From: Armatimonadia bacterium
GTDB taxonomy: Bacteria > Armatimonadota > Zipacnadia > Zipacnadales > UBA11051
Assembly: GCA_039683575.1 (NCBI GenBank)
Contig: JBDKRC010000027.1
Coordinates: forward strand, 1,966 to 65,965
Length of the DNA stretch: 64,000 nt
Direction: 5' to 3'
Both the position numbers and the translations under genes were made by a program. Positions 1-10,654 of the stretch are shown here, piece after piece. Within the stretch, counting starts at the first letter, position 1, and every line of letters begins with the position of its first letter. The notes beneath the pieces were generated by a model, which saw nothing but the letters and a program-made list of their open reading frames with translations, searched no databases and was not told the DNA's origin.

Positions 1-1413
1 GGCGTAGCGATTGACTTTGAGATGTATGGCTCAGAGATCATCTTCTATGACCGTGTCGGGTGCCTTGACTACAGCGATCTGGCTTTCAACGGCTTCCTGG
101 CGCAGGAGAAGCTGCCGCAGGAGCAGGTAGCCCCGGCGCAGCGGGTGACGTGGCTCACGCGGAAGCACCTCAGCGACAAGTACGAGGCCTACTATCGCAG
201 CACTCTCGAAGCGATCTGCCGGGACATCGAGCAGGCGACACATGCCGCCAACCCCGACTTCATCGTCGGCTTCTACTCCTGGAACTACAACAGTCCCTTC
301 TACGAAGCCTGCGCGCGCGGCTTTGGCACTGAGAAGATGCCCGCACTGCTGTGGCCCGGCACGACCTACAGCAGCGGGTATTCCGTGCCTGAAGTGGACA
401 ACCAGGTGCGCCTTCTGGGGCGCATTGGCGCACACTGCGTATTCATCCCGGGGCTTTGGCTCTGGCAGTTCCATGCCGACAATCTGGCGGCCAATGCCTA
501 CCTCAGCGCCAAGCAGGCTGGCGGATACTGGCTCTACGGGATCTACTCGATGTGGAGCGAGAGCGCGACCAAACGCAAGGTGCCGCATGTTAAGGCCGAG
601 GATTTCTGGGCCGCGCTCAAGCGAGCCAATGATGAGATCATCGCGGTTCGCAAGGACCCGCAGCACCAAAGCGCGCTGAAGGTTGACCTCAGCCGCTCGC
701 TGTTCCTGGGGATTGACCCGGCCACACTGGCCAAGCCCGTCAAGCTGCGGCTTCTGGAAGCAGCCCCCGCGATCCCGCCCCTGGACAAGCAGATTGCAGC
801 ACCAATTCGTTACACCGGCGTCTACCGGGCCTTCGGCGAGCAGGGCAAGAAGCTGACGTTCCGCGTCATGACACCGCGTCTGGGGGGCCATACCAATGGC
901 ACGGTGGCCTCGCTTCTGGGCCCGGACCACAAGGTTCTGGCAGAGGAACAGGTCGGCGTTGGCGAGACGAAGGATATGGTGATCGAGTGCCCGGCGACGG
1001 GAACGTACACTGTAGTGGCGCAAACCGGCAATCTGTGCTCGTACGTGGTCTCTGACGCGCCAGGCTTCGTCCTGGACGGGACAGATGGGCTGCACCTGAT
1101 GACGCGAGTGCAGCCGCTGTACTTCATGGTGCCGCCCGGCGTGAAGGAGTTCACCTTCACAGGCACAGGGCAGGGCGTGGAGCGCTTCGATGCCGGTATC
1201 GTGGCTCCGGATGGTACGGTGGTGGCGCACGCGGAGAACATCGGCAATACGACAGTGCTGAAAGTGGCGGTGCCGGCGGGACAGGACGGGCAGATCTGGA
1301 CGCTGGACCTCAAGCCACCGGCAGATGGGGTGCTGGAGGACGTGACCGTGCAGATGTCCAGCAACATCCCGCCGTATTTCGCGCGCGAGAGAGAGCGGCT
1401 GCTGGTGCCGTAG
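1..1413 (+). CDS. C-terminal part of a large glycoside-hydrolase-like (TIM barrel plus beta-rich domains) hypothetical protein, 5'-truncated by the window edge
   Basis: The frame is open from base 1 (GVAIDFEMYG...) to TAG at 1411-1413 with GC-rich coding bias. The IDFEMY motif and aromatic-rich barrel-like segment resemble GH-like proteins; family not assigned. Confidence 0.6.
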   Translation, partial: GVAIDFEMYGSEIIFYDRVGCLDYSDLAFNGFLAQEKLPQEQVAPAQRVTWLTRKHLSDKYEAYYRSTLEAICRDIEQATHAANPDFIVGFYSWNYNSPFYEACARGFGTEKMPALLWPGTTYSSGYSVPEVDNQVRLLGRIGAHCVFIPGLWLWQFHADNLAANAYLSAKQAGGYWLYGIYSMWSESATKRKVPHVKAEDFWAALKRANDEIIAVRKDPQHQSALKVDLSRSLFLGIDPATLAKPVKLRLLEAAPAIPPLDKQIAAPIRYTGVYRAFGEQGKKLTFRVMTPRLGGHTNGTVASLLGPDHKVLAEEQVGVGETKDMVIECPATGTYTVVAQTGNLCSYVVSDAPGFVLDGTDGLHLMTRVQPLYFMVPPGVKEFTFTGTGQGVERFDAGIVAPDGTVVAHAENIGNTTVLKVAVPAGQDGQIWTLDLKPPADGVLEDVTVQMSSNIPPYFARERERLLVP

Positions 1414-1453
1414 CCTGGGTGACGGCTGTGAAACAGTAGGTGGGTAGAAGTCG

Positions 1454-1487
1454 AAAAAGGTGGGTTCGAATTCGAACCCACCTTTTT
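1454..1487. terminator. Perfect 34-bp palindrome, likely bidirectional terminator between convergent genes
   Basis: AAAAAGGTGGGTTCGAA|TTCGAACCCACCTTTTT with A/T tracts at both ends; lies between the stops at 1413 (+) and 1515 (-). Confidence 0.8.
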
Positions 1488-1514
1488 GGTGCGCGAGGAA
1501 GAGGTATGGGGGGC

Positions 1515-2537
1515 TCAGGGCATCCGGATGGAATGCCTGCGCTGCAGGGTCTCGATCTCCTCAAGAACCTTGCCGGTTCCGATGGCGACCGAGGATATGG
1601 GGTCGTCGGCAACGTGCACCGGGATCTGGGTCTCGATCTGCAAGAGAGTGTCAATTCCCCGTAGCATGGCTCCGCCACCCGTGAGGGTGATACCGCGCTC
1701 GATGATGTCGGCGGCGAGTTCGGGCGGGGTCTTCTCCAGAATAGCCTTCACGGAACTGACAATCTGCGAGACGTTCTCGGAGAGGGCGTCGCGAACCTCG
1801 ATCGAGCTGACGGTCACGGTCTGGGGGAGGCCGGAGACGATGTCGCGCCCGCGGACCTCCATCTCTATTTCCTCTTCGTCGGTCTTCCAGGCAGAACCGC
1901 AGTGAATTTTGATGTTCTCAGCAGTCCGCTCGCCGATGTCGAGGTTGTAGACACGGCGGATGTGGCGAATGATAGCCTCATCGAGCATGTTGCCGCCCAC
2001 GCGCAGGGAGTCGCTCACCACGATGCCGCCGAGGGAGATGACGGCGATGTCGGTGGTTCCGCCGCCGATGTCCACGACCATGTTGCCGCCGGGGCTGGCA
2101 ATGGGCAGACCAGCGCCGATGGCGGCGGCCATGGGCTCTTCAATGGGGTAGGCATCCCGTGCGCCGGCCGCGCGGGCGGCATCCAGAGCAGCACGCTGTT
2201 CGACGCTGGTGGCGCCGGAGGGGATGCAGACGACGACGAGGGGCTTGAAGAAACGGGCGCGATTGCCGCAGGCCTTGCGCACGAGGAAGGCCAGCATGTC
2301 GCGGGTGACGCTATAGTCCGCAATGACGCCGTCGCGCAGGGGGCGGATGGCGACGATTGTGCCGGGGGTGCGGCCCAGCATCTGCCGCGCATCCTCACCG
2401 ACGGAGAGTACGCGCTTTGTGGCCTTGTCTATGGCTACAACAGAAGGCTCTCTCAGCACGACACCGCGGCCACGGGCATAAACTACGATGTTGGCGGTTC
2501 CAAGGTCAATCCCAAGCCGCTCGCCGATTCCTAACAT
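1515..2537 (-). CDS. mreB: Rod shape-determining actin-like protein MreB/Mbl
   Basis: GIDLGTAN, EPSVVA, RPLRDGVIAD, IEEPMAAAIGAGLP, VDIGGGTTDIAVISLGG and LTGGGA motifs. No mreC/mreD adjacent, so Mbl-like. Confidence 0.95.
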   Translation of the reverse strand: MLGIGERLGIDLGTANIVVYARGRGVVLREPSVVAIDKATKRVLSVGEDARQMLGRTPGTIVAIRPLRDGVIADYSVTRDMLAFLVRKACGNRARFFKPLVVVCIPSGATSVEQRAALDAARAAGARDAYPIEEPMAAAIGAGLPIASPGGNMVVDIGGGTTDIAVISLGGIVVSDSLRVGGNMLDEAIIRHIRRVYNLDIGERTAENIKIHCGSAWKTDEEEIEMEVRGRDIVSGLPQTVTVSSIEVRDALSENVSQIVSSVKAILEKTPPELAADIIERGITLTGGGAMLRGIDTLLQIETQIPVHVADDPISSVAIGTGKVLEEIETLQRRHSIRMP

Positions 2538-3814
2538 ACAGACTCCTCAACGGAATGCCGTTCCCGGCGGACCTGCGCGCCCAAAGCACACAGTTTGTTC
2601 TCGAAATTCTCGTAACCGCGGTCGAGAAGTTCGGCTCCAGCCACCTCGGTACGTCCTTCGGCGGCCAGTCCGGCCAGCACGAGGGCTGATCCCGCGCGGA
2701 GGTCGGTTGCGACGACGGGCGCGCCGTACAGCTTCTCGACACCCTTGATGATGGCCACGCGGTCCTTGACCTGGATGTCGGCGCCCATGCGGGCCAGTTC
2801 GTCGGTGTAGTTAAAGCGCATGTCGAAGATGGTCTCTTCGATGACGCTGGTCCCGACGGCGATAGTTGCGACGACAGCCATGTTGGGCTGGAGGTCGGTG
2901 GGGAAGCCGGGATACGGGCTTGTAGAGATTTCGACTGCTCGGGGACGCGTGTGGTTCCGCAAGCGAATCATATCGGGATGCCGCTCGATCTGCGCGCCGG
3001 CCTTGGCCAGCTCGGGCAGGACGACGTCCATGTGCTCGGCGCAGATGTTGGTGACGGTGATATCACCCTTGGTGACCATGCCCGCGACGAGGAAAGTACC
3101 GGTCTCCATGCGGTCCGGAATGGCCTGCCCCTCGGCGGGATGCAACTCCGGTACGCCATTGATGACCACGCGGGAGGTGCCGTGGCCCTGAATGTCAGCG
3201 CCACAGGCGCGGAGGAAGTCTTCACAGCAGACGACTTCGGGCTCGCGCGAGGCGTTCTCGATGATGGTGGTGCCCTCGGCCAGCGTGGCCAGTAGCATCA
3301 CATTGACCGTGGCGCCGACGCTGCGGGTGCGGTTGTCGAGGTAGACGGTATTGCCCTGGAGCTTGCCTGCCTGGGCGTACATAACGCCGTGCCGGTCCAC
3401 GACACTGGCCCCGAGGGCCTCGAAGCCCTTGATGTGCTGGTCCACGGGCCGCTGGCCGATGATGCAGCCACCCGGAAGCGGGACCTGGGCCTCGCCGAAG
3501 CGGGCGAGAAGGGGCCCGGCGACATAGAACGAGGCGCGCATGGCGCGGACGAGATCGTAGGGCGGGGCGACTGAGGTGATGTGGGAGGCGTCGATGCTGA
3601 GGCGGCCTGGGCCGAGCCAGTCACATTTGGCTCCGAGAGCCCTCAGCATTTTGATCATGGTGCCGACGTCACGAATCTGCGGCACATTGTTGATGATCGT
3701 CTGGCCAGGAACGAGGAGTGAGGCGGCGAGGAGCGGCAAGGTACCATTCTTGGAGCCGCTGATGCGAACTTCACCGTGCAGCGGCTGACTGCCGGAAATG
3801 TGGAGAGTGTCCAC
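2531..3814 (-). CDS. murA: UDP-N-acetylglucosamine 1-carboxyvinyltransferase
   Basis: ISGSKN, MRAS, LPGGCIIGQRPVDQH (active-site Cys), PGFPTDLQ and DLRAG motifs. Start moved to GTG at 3814 (VDTLHISG) behind an AGAGG RBS; the ORF-track extension to 4045 looks non-coding. Confidence 0.95.
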   Translation of the reverse strand: MDTLHISGSQPLHGEVRISGSKNGTLPLLAASLLVPGQTIINNVPQIRDVGTMIKMLRALGAKCDWLGPGRLSIDASHITSVAPPYDLVRAMRASFYVAGPLLARFGEAQVPLPGGCIIGQRPVDQHIKGFEALGASVVDRHGVMYAQAGKLQGNTVYLDNRTRSVGATVNVMLLATLAEGTTIIENASREPEVVCCEDFLRACGADIQGHGTSRVVINGVPELHPAEGQAIPDRMETGTFLVAGMVTKGDITVTNICAEHMDVVLPELAKAGAQIERHPDMIRLRNHTRPRAVEISTSPYPGFPTDLQPNMAVVATIAVGTSVIEETIFDMRFNYTDELARMGADIQVKDRVAIIKGVEKLYGAPVVATDLRAGSALVLAGLAAEGRTEVAGAELLDRGYENFENKLCALGAQVRRERHSVEESVC

Positions 3815-4092
3815 GGGCGCTTCCTCTCTTACGTGCGGTGTTTGCTGCGATTCGCGCCTCGGACCCTGTTTGCCAATACCAGTCCACGACGCAAGTGAAG
3901 CGTCGTCACGGTTCCTGCCACAGAGGCGGCTGCTAGAAGGAGGCTGGCAGAGCCGCGTGGGCCCTGACAACCGGCCCGGGAGTGTCCAATGCGCGCAATT
4001 GCGCACTTTTCGCCGCCAGCGGAGCTGCCGGGAACGGCGAATCACCGGATTACGAGGACCAACTCCGGTTACGCATACTCAGGCCAATGGTA

Positions 4093-4121
4093 ATGCTACC
4101 GCAAAGACGTGAGGTTGTCAA
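4093..4121 (-). promoter_or_regulatory. Candidate sigma70 promoter upstream of murA
   Basis: Minus strand reads TTGACA-N17-TAGCAT. Confidence 0.6.
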
Positions 4122-4172
4122 TCTGTGGGTGGGTAGGGGCAGGCAAAAGCAGGCAGCGGGTGGCGGGCGTGG

Positions 4173-4580
4173 TCAGGGCCTTCCAGCGACTTTGAGGCGG
4201 TTGAGGGCCCGCACCAGGGCGATCTCCGCCCGGACGGGGTCGACTTCAAGCTCGAGGCGGCGTGCGAGGCGCTCACGGGCACGCTCGGCGGCTTGTTCGG
4301 CGCGCTCGATGTCGATATCCGCTGCGCGTTCCACCGCATCGCCAATGATGGTGACTTTGCCGTCACGAATGTGCAGCATGCCTCCGGCGACGGCATAGTG
4401 CTGCCACTCGGTGCCCTGGCGCAGGCGCAGGTCGCCGATGCCGAGTTCGGCGATCAGCGGCGCGTGGTTGGGAAGCAGGCCGAAATAGCCGTTGATCCCG
4501 GGGGCCACGAGCCCGTCGACCTCACCGGTATAGATGGGGCCTTCGGGGGTCACAATCTCCACATGCAGTTGCTTGTGCAT
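4173..4580 (-). CDS. atpC: ATP synthase F1 epsilon subunit
   Basis: EIVTPEG, GYFGLLPNHAPLI and DIDIERAEQAAERARERL motifs; last gene of the atp operon. Confidence 0.95.
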   Translation of the reverse strand: MHKQLHVEIVTPEGPIYTGEVDGLVAPGINGYFGLLPNHAPLIAELGIGDLRLRQGTEWQHYAVAGGMLHIRDGKVTIIGDAVERAADIDIERAEQAAERARERLARRLELEVDPVRAEIALVRALNRLKVAGRP

Positions 4581-4650
4581 TCGGTACCATGCGGGCGTGA
4601 GGCCCGCCCTATTGTCGAGTCGATGAAGCGTGTCGGTTTCGCGTGTTGTC

Positions 4651-4681
4651 GGCCCGGATGCGGGCGAGACGCCCGCGCTAC
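4651..4681 (-). repeat. GTAG-type REP-like hairpin in the atpD-atpC spacer
   Basis: Reverse complement GTAGCGCGGGCGTCTCGCCCGCATCCGG is nearly identical to the copy at 58877 (GTAGTGCGGACGTCTCGCCCGCATCCGG). Confidence 0.75.
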
Positions 4682-4819
4682 GCGGGAGGGGGGCCCGAAG
4701 CCCACCGTAGGTTGGGTCGATACAGCGCGTTGGCTCGCGTCTGCCGCCCGGCTGGAAGCCGGGGCTATGATGGCGTCAGCTCGCGGCTGGAAGCCGCTCG
4801 TACGGCCGATCTGGGCGGG

Positions 4820-6226
<1,407 letters not shown>

Positions 6227-6275
6227 TCATGTGGAGGCGGTTGAGTAGACGATTCGTTATCTACCACGTCTACGA

Positions 6276-6343
6276 GCGGGCGAGGCGCCCGCACTACGCG
6301 TGGAGGGTGTAGCGGTCGGAGGCGGGCGAGATGCCCGTCCTGC
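6276..6343 (-). repeat. Two REP-like hairpins in the atpG-atpD spacer
   Basis: GCGGGCGAGGCGCCCGCACTAC (6276-6297) and GGCGGGCGAGATGCCCGTCCTGC (6321-6343); same core as the copies at 4661 and 8809/8873. Confidence 0.75.
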
Positions 6344-6368
6344 CGAGATTGGTTCGTTTTGCAGCGGC

Positions 6369-7232
6369 TTAGCCGCCCTGGGCGAGGGCGTCGGCGCCTG
6401 ATATTACTTCAAGAAGCTCGGTCGTGATTGCCGTCTGCCGCGCCCGGTTGAGCTCGAGGGTCAGGTTGTCGCGCAGATCCGCCGCGTTCTCGGTCGCCGC
6501 CGACATGGACGTCATGCGGGCCGCGTGCTCTGAGGCGATGGACTGCAGGAGCATGTTCACGATCTGGGCGTCTACCGTGCGCGGGAGCAGGCCGGCCAGC
6601 AGTTCCGGGGCGGGTGGCTCGAACAGGTATTCCGCTGCCGCCTCAGCCTCGTGCTCCTCGCCGACGATGGGCAGGAGCTGAAACAGCGTCGGGGGACGGC
6701 GCAGTGGCGAGACGAATTGCGTGTAGGCGATGTGAAGCTGGTCTATGCCGCCCTCGTCGAACATCCTGCGGGCCTGACGGGCGATGCGGCTGCCGTCGCG
6801 GCTCTCGTTGCCAGTCTCGGGGGTGTCCAGCTTCGCCACGACGTTCCAGCCCAGCCGGCGGGCGTAATCGGCGGCTTTGACGCCGATGGGCAGGACCTTG
6901 ACCGGGACCTTCTGGGCCTCGATAAACTGTTCGGCGGCGCGGAGAATGTTGGCGTTGTGGCTTCCGGCGAGGCCTTTGTCGCCGGCGACGACAATGAGCC
7001 CGATGTTGGCAACCGGGCGTTCCTGCAGATAAGGATGCAGGTCGGTCGGGACATTTCCGGCGAGGTTGCGCATGATCCCGCTCAGGTGCTGCAGGTACGC
7101 GCGGCTGGCCTCAACGCGCGGTTGAGTGCGCTTGAGTTTTGACGCCGCGACCATCTGCATGGCGCGGGTAATCTGCCAGATGTTGCTGACCGCCTTGATC
7201 TTTCGGCGGATCGCGCGCAGGTTCGAAGCCAT
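6369..7232 (-). CDS. atpG: ATP synthase F1 gamma subunit
   Basis: ITRAMQMVAASK, DKGLAGSHN and SEHAARMTSMSAATENA...NRARQTAITTEL motifs. Confidence 0.97.
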   Translation of the reverse strand: MASNLRAIRRKIKAVSNIWQITRAMQMVAASKLKRTQPRVEASRAYLQHLSGIMRNLAGNVPTDLHPYLQERPVANIGLIVVAGDKGLAGSHNANILRAAEQFIEAQKVPVKVLPIGVKAADYARRLGWNVVAKLDTPETGNESRDGSRIARQARRMFDEGGIDQLHIAYTQFVSPLRRPPTLFQLLPIVGEEHEAEAAAEYLFEPPAPELLAGLLPRTVDAQIVNMLLQSIASEHAARMTSMSAATENAADLRDNLTLELNRARQTAITTELLEVISGADALAQGG

Positions 7233-8744
7233 TTACTTCGCCTCAACGTGCTTGTTGATGAAGTCTTCAATGGCCACGCGCAGGGCCTCGAGATCATCAT
7301 CCGAGGGCTTGCCGGCACTCTCAAGCTTACCAGTGATCTCCGGATAGTGCTCGCGAACGTACTTGATCAGCTGCGGCTCAAGCTCCGGGATGCGCTCGGC
7401 TTCGATGCGGTCCCACTGGCCGGAGGTGCCGGCGTAGATGGTGATGACCTGATCGAACACGTTCATCGGCGCGTACTGCGGCTGCTTGAGCACCTGCATC
7501 ATGCGCTCACCGCGCTGCAGGGTGGCCCGGGTGTTGGCGTCGAGGTCTGAGGCGAACTGGGCGAAGGCTGCGTACTCGCGATAGTGAGCGAGATCGAGCT
7601 TGAGGCGCCCGGCGACGCGCTTCATCAGACCGGTCTGCGCGGCGCTGCCGACGCGACTGACGCTCACGCCGACGTTGATGGCGGGGCGCTGGCCGCCATA
7701 GAACAGGTCGGGCTCAACGTAGATCTGCCCGTCCGTGATGGAGACGAGGTTGGTCGGGATGTAGGCGGAGAAGTCGCCTTCCTGGGTCTCAACGACGGGC
7801 AGGGCGGTGAGGCTGCCGCCGCCGCGGGCGTCAGAGAGCTTCGCCGCGCGTTCGAGGAGTCGTGAGTGCAGGTTGAAAATGTCGCCAGGGAAGGCTTCGC
7901 GGCCCGGCGGGCGGCGCAGCAGCAGGGAGACTTCGCGGTAGGCGACCGCGTGCTTGGAGAGGTCATCATAGACGACCAGCGCATGGCCACCGTTGTCGCG
8001 GATCTCCTCGCCGATCGAGCAGCCGGCATAGGGCGCCGAGTATTGCAGGGCGGGCGCGTCAGAGGCCGTGGCGACGACGATGCAGGTGTACTCCATGGCG
8101 CCGTGCTCTTCCAGCACGGCCCGCAGCCGGGCCACGGCCGAGGCCTTCTGGCCGATGGCGACGTAGATGCAGTAGACGCCGGTGCCCTTCTGGTTGATGA
8201 TCGTGTCGATGGCGAGGGCGGACTTACCGATCTGCCGGTCGCCGATGATAAGCTCGCGCTGGCCGCGGCCGATGGGGATGACCGAGTCAACGGCCTTGAG
8301 GCCGGTCTGCAGCGGCTCGCTAACAGGCTGGCGCTCGATAACGCCCGGGGCGGGCTGCTCGAGCTCGGCCCATTTGTCGCTGACGATCGGTCCGCCGCCG
8401 TCGATGGGCTCGCCGAGGGGGTTGACCACGCGTCCGAAGAGCGCGGGACCAACCTTAGTACCGGCGATGCGCCCGGTACTGCGGACCTCGTCGCCCTCTT
8501 TGATATGCTCGTCGGAGCCGAGGAGGATGCAGCCGACATTGTCTTCCTCGAGGTTGAGCACAATGCCCATGACGCCGCCGGGGAATTCGATCAACTCCCC
8601 AGCCATGGCGGCGGAGAGCCCGTAGACGCGCGCGATGCCGTCACCGACTTCGAGCACGGTGCCGACGTCAACCATCTCGACGCGGCTCTCGAAGCCCTCG
8701 AGCTCCTGCCTCAGTATGCCTGTTACTTCCTCGGGTTTCAGCAC
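7233..8744 (-). CDS. atpA: ATP synthase F1 alpha subunit
   Basis: [52 protein letters not shown]. Confidence 0.98.
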   Translation of the reverse strand: MLKPEEVTGILRQELEGFESRVEMVDVGTVLEVGDGIARVYGLSAAMAGELIEFPGGVMGIVLNLEEDNVGCILLGSDEHIKEGDEVRSTGRIAGTKVGPALFGRVVNPLGEPIDGGGPIVSDKWAELEQPAPGVIERQPVSEPLQTGLKAVDSVIPIGRGQRELIIGDRQIGKSALAIDTIINQKGTGVYCIYVAIGQKASAVARLRAVLEEHGAMEYTCIVVATASDAPALQYSAPYAGCSIGEEIRDNGGHALVVYDDLSKHAVAYREVSLLLRRPPGREAFPGDIFNLHSRLLERAAKLSDARGGGSLTALPVVETQEGDFSAYIPTNLVSITDGQIYVEPDLFYGGQRPAINVGVSVSRVGSAAQTGLMKRVAGRLKLDLAHYREYAAFAQFASDLDANTRATLQRGERMMQVLKQPQYAPMNVFDQVITIYAGTSGQWDRIEAERIPELEPQLIKYVREHYPEITGKLESAGKPSDDDLEALRVAIEDFINKHVEAK

Positions 8745-8808
8745 GGCAAACTCCTGTTCATTTGCCTGGAAAGGTCATTTGTTGGCCGGAGGCCAGTTCG
8801 CGGAGGTG

Positions 8809-8894
8809 ACGGGCGAGACGCCCGTCCTGCGCGGGGTGAGGCGAAATCCCTACGGCGCGCCGGTTGTCCGTGACGGGCGAGACGCCCGTCCTAC
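8809..8894 (-). repeat. Two tandem REP-like hairpins in the atpH-atpA spacer
   Basis: ACGGGCGAGACGCCCGTCCTGC (8809-8830) and ACGGGCGAGACGCCCGTCCTAC (8873-8894). Confidence 0.8.
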
Positions 8895-8923
8895 GTGGAT
8901 TGAGTAAATGCGGCCACCGGCAC

Positions 8924-9460
8924 TCAGCCCGCGAGTTGCTTGCGGAGGCCCTCGAGGCGATTGCGAATGGTGCCGTCTATCAGCACATCACCTACGCGCA
9001 CGCGGAGGCCGCCGATCACGGCCGGGTCCACCGCGCTGCTGACGACGATCTGGGCCTGCAACGACTCAGAGAGCGTCTCGGTGAGGCGCTGCTGCTGGTC
9101 GGCTGAGAGCGGTACCGCGCTTACGACATGGGCGTGGCGCACACCGGCCGCCTCGTCCTGCAACTCGTCGTAGATCGTGCCGCTGGCGGCAAGAACCTCG
9201 ATGCGGCGCTTGTCCAGAAGAAGGCTCAGGAAGCGCTGCATGAGCGTGGGAGCGCCGTCGCCGATGAGACGCATCAATACCGAGCGCTTCTTGTCAACCG
9301 GCAGGCGGGGGCTCAGCATGGTGGCGCGCAAGTCGTCCCGCGACAGCCAGAGGTCCTGCAGGCCGGTCAGGTATGGCGCGAGGGCGGCAACCTGGCCGGT
9401 GGCCTGGGCCGCTTCGAAGAGCGCCTTCACATATCGTCGGGTGACAGTCTCGCTGATCAT
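8924..9460 (-). CDS. atpH: ATP synthase delta subunit
   Basis: RYVKALFE, LLLDKRR and VDPAVIGGLRVRVGDVLIDGTIRNRL motifs; operon position. Confidence 0.95.
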   Translation of the reverse strand: MISETVTRRYVKALFEAAQATGQVAALAPYLTGLQDLWLSRDDLRATMLSPRLPVDKKRSVLMRLIGDGAPTLMQRFLSLLLDKRRIEVLAASGTIYDELQDEAAGVRHAHVVSAVPLSADQQQRLTETLSESLQAQIVVSSAVDPAVIGGLRVRVGDVLIDGTIRNRLEGLRKQLAG

Positions 9461-9501
9461 CGGTAGGTTTCCGAGCCGCGTCTCAAAGCGTGTAACTCAC
9501 A

Positions 9502-9550
9502 GTAGGGCAGGCGGCTCGCCTGCCCAGCCCGGACGAGCCGCCCGCGCTAC
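9502..9550. repeat. Inverted REP-like doublet in the atpF-atpH spacer
   Basis: GTAGGGCAGGCGGCTCGCCTGCCC ... GGACGAGCCGCCCGCGCTAC. Confidence 0.65.
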
Positions 9551-9568
9551 TGGACTTTGAGTGCGGCG

Positions 9569-10066
9569 CTAGTTCTTCGCTTGCTTTATGTCGCTGATGA
9601 AGCCGTCAACCAGCGCGCCCTGACGCTCCTCGTCGAGCGACTGGCGGATGACCTTTTCGGACATCTCGAGGGCGAGGTCGGCTACGGTGCTCTTGAGGTC
9701 CTCCAGCGCAGCTTCCTTGCTGCGCTCGAGTTCCAGGCGGCCTTGCTCGACCATGTCCTGGCGCTGCCGCCGGGCCTCTTTGTGGAGATCCTCGATGGCA
9801 GTCTTGGCTTCCACCGTCATGCGCCCGATGTCCTCGCGCGCGGCTTCACGCTGGGCGGCCAGTTCTTCCTGGAGCCGGGCGTGCTGCTGCTGCGCTTCGT
9901 CGTTCAGGCGCTTGGCCTCATTGATCTGCCCCTCGATCTCCTTGGTGCGCTGGCCCATGAACTCAGACACGGGCCTGTAAAGGAACCGCCGGAAGACCCA
10001 GAGCAGTACCAGGAAGCCGACGACGTTTACTAATAGAGATCTCGGGTCGAAGCCGAGGCTTTCCAT
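9569..10066 (-). CDS. atpF: ATP synthase F0 b subunit
   Basis: One N-terminal TM helix (LLVNVVGFLVLLWVFRRFLYRP) followed by a long coiled coil. Start moved to ATG at 10066 (MESLGFD) behind an AAGGCAGGAAG RBS-like tract. Confidence 0.92.
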   Translation of the reverse strand: MESLGFDPRSLLVNVVGFLVLLWVFRRFLYRPVSEFMGQRTKEIEGQINEAKRLNDEAQQQHARLQEELAAQREAAREDIGRMTVEAKTAIEDLHKEARRQRQDMVEQGRLELERSKEAALEDLKSTVADLALEMSEKVIRQSLDEERQGALVDGFISDIKQAKN

Positions 10067-10105
10067 GGACTTCCTGCCTTTTGCGAATCGTCGCCAAGGT
10101 GCGCC

Positions 10106-10177
10106 GTAGGGGCGGACCGTGGTCCGCCCGGTGTGGGCGCAATATGGCAATGCGGGCGGACCACGGTCCGCCGCTAC
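10106..10177. repeat. Inverted REP-like doublet in the atpE-atpF spacer
   Basis: GTAGGGGCGGACCGTGGTCCGCCC ... GCGGGCGGACCACGGTCCGCCGCTAC; a third copy of this core is at 33472-33497. Confidence 0.8.
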
Positions 10178-10181
10178 GGCA

Positions 10182-10475
10182 CTAGTGCGGTACGGCTCCA
10201 CCGGTCGCGGCGCTGGTGGCGGCGGCCGCGGCATCTACGAGCGGCTTAATGTTGCCCTGGAGCAGGAAGAAGACCAACAGCGCGTAGATAACCAGGGATT
10301 CGATGAAACCGAGGGAGATGATCAGCACGCGCTGAATGTCGGAGACAGCATCAGGCTGTCGGGCGATGGCCTCGAGCGCGGCCGCGGAGGCCTTGCCCTG
10401 CCCAAGGGCGGCACATAGTACGGCGACCGGTACGGCGAAACCCACAGCCAGAGCCAGTGCAGCTTCAAAAGACAT
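10182..10475 (-). CDS. atpE: ATP synthase F0 c subunit with Ala-rich C-terminal extension
   Basis: GQG...ARQPD...FIESLVIYALL hairpin. Start moved to ATG at 10475 (MSFEAAL) behind a GAGAAGAGAGG RBS. Confidence 0.95.
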   Translation of the reverse strand: MSFEAALALAVGFAVPVAVLCAALGQGKASAAALEAIARQPDAVSDIQRVLIISLGFIESLVIYALLVFFLLQGNIKPLVDAAAAATSAATGGAVPH

Positions 10476-10574
10476 GATGTTTCCCTCTCTTCTCAGATCC
10501 GGGACAAGCCGCAAGGCTGTCCTCGATATAAAGCGACCGAAATATGTACAAGGTCCGGAATATCGATTTCTCGC

Positions 10575-10643
10575 GTAGGTCGGTTCGTCTCGAACCGACA
10601 CCGCCGGCAACGTATCGGGTGGGTTCGAGACGAACCCACCTAC
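10575..10643. repeat. Inverted REP-like doublet in the atpB-atpE spacer
   Basis: GTAGGTCGGTTCGTCTCGAACCGAC ... GGTGGGTTCGAGACGAACCCACCTAC; a related copy is at 45111-45135. Confidence 0.8.
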
Positions 10644-10654
10644 GCGCCGAAGGG

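Noticed and set aside
3815-4045. N-terminal extensions from the ORF track for murA (also atpF, atpE, atpZ and several others)
   Set aside because: They are low-complexity Arg/Pro-rich translations, partly running through REP hairpins; downstream starts have RBSs and match where homology begins.
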